The notes under the pieces were generated by a model. That model did not search any database. It had not been told where the DNA came from and worked only from the letters and a program-made list of their open reading frames with translations. Positions 63,624 through 64,000 of a DNA stretch of 64,000 nucleotides are shown here, piece after piece. Position 1 is the stretch's first letter. The number at the start of each line of letters is the position of its first letter. Location: positions 16,829,651-16,893,650 of the forward strand of contig OZ316891.1 of the NCBI GenBank assembly GCA_973895155.1, given 5' to 3'. The position numbers and the translations under genes were made by a program. The stretch comes from Marsupella aquatica. Its lineage: Eukaryota > Plantae > Marchantiophyta.

Positions 63624-64000
63624 GAGGCCGGTGTCGAGGCTGAAGCCGAAGGTGGACCCAGTCAGGCCAATGGAGAGTTGACTCGGTCAAGGGCAGGTAA
63701 TCTGTCAGTAGGCGGGCCAACGGCAGTGGCTGAGGAGGAAGTGTTGGGGGCGTCCATTGAGGATCCACCACCGGTGTCGTGACGGTGCAAGGGCGCCGTT
63801 CCTTTTAGGGAGGGCGGACGTGGAGGGAGGAGGCGTGAGTGGGCAGGGCGGGCGTGGATCTCCACGTTTAGGATTAGGATCAGAACCAGGAGCGGCCCTG
63901 ACACTTAGCTTAGTGGGATTGCGGTCCCACTGGTAGGAGCAACACTTGTGCTCCTGCCTTGCTGTACATAGGTAGATTCGGGCAAGTAGATTACTGTTAA

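Larger units (their letters stand above)
16305..64000 (+). mobile_element. CACTA (En/Spm) element copy 1, degenerate, hosting four nested insertions; right end beyond the window
   Basis: Left terminus CACTGGAAGAAA at 16305, and the next ~150 bp align with the copy 2 left end. Segments from ~21700 to 41772 are colinear and highly similar to copy 2 (45220-55885). Confidence 0.85.
41773..64000 (+). mobile_element. Element B2 (41773-42908 + 61156 onward), split by CACTA copy 2; right end beyond the window
   Basis: Starts TGTGATGCCTAG like B1. Removing the CACTA and one CTC restores DFYLTPKVI. The ORF (41888-42908 + 61156-63782) is 1216 codons with one stop at ~42257. Confidence 0.92.

Overview
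Land-plant (bryophyte/early-diverging-like) nuclear DNA. Positions 2528-10124 hold an intact 16-exon HEN2-type (MTR4/SKI2 family) RNA helicase gene on the minus strand. Everything from about 11.9 kb onward is one deeply nested transposon stack whose outer right ends lie beyond the window: a LINE ORF1 remnant, an inverted LTR-like element, element A1, then CACTA copy 1. CACTA copy 1 carries four insertions: a young non-autonomous Copia-type LTR element with an antisense exon of an STR/STR2-like ABCG transporter, element A2, element B1 and element B2. B2 is in turn split by a complete 18.2-kb CACTA copy 2 (42909-61152; 11-bp TIRs, CTC TSD, apparently intact transposase). Two systems stand out. 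(1) The CACTA family carries co-oriented accessory ORFs: a stand-alone EDM2-like composite PHD module, a tandem Pol-lambda-like BRCT protein, a Cys-rich ORF and an F-box-like ORF. (2) Elements A and B are 4-4.7-kb TG..CA units with 5-bp TSDs and no internal repeats, RT or integrase. They look like solo LTRs, yet each encodes a homologous 900-1200-aa protein. All family assignments come from motif recognition by eye; no searches were run.
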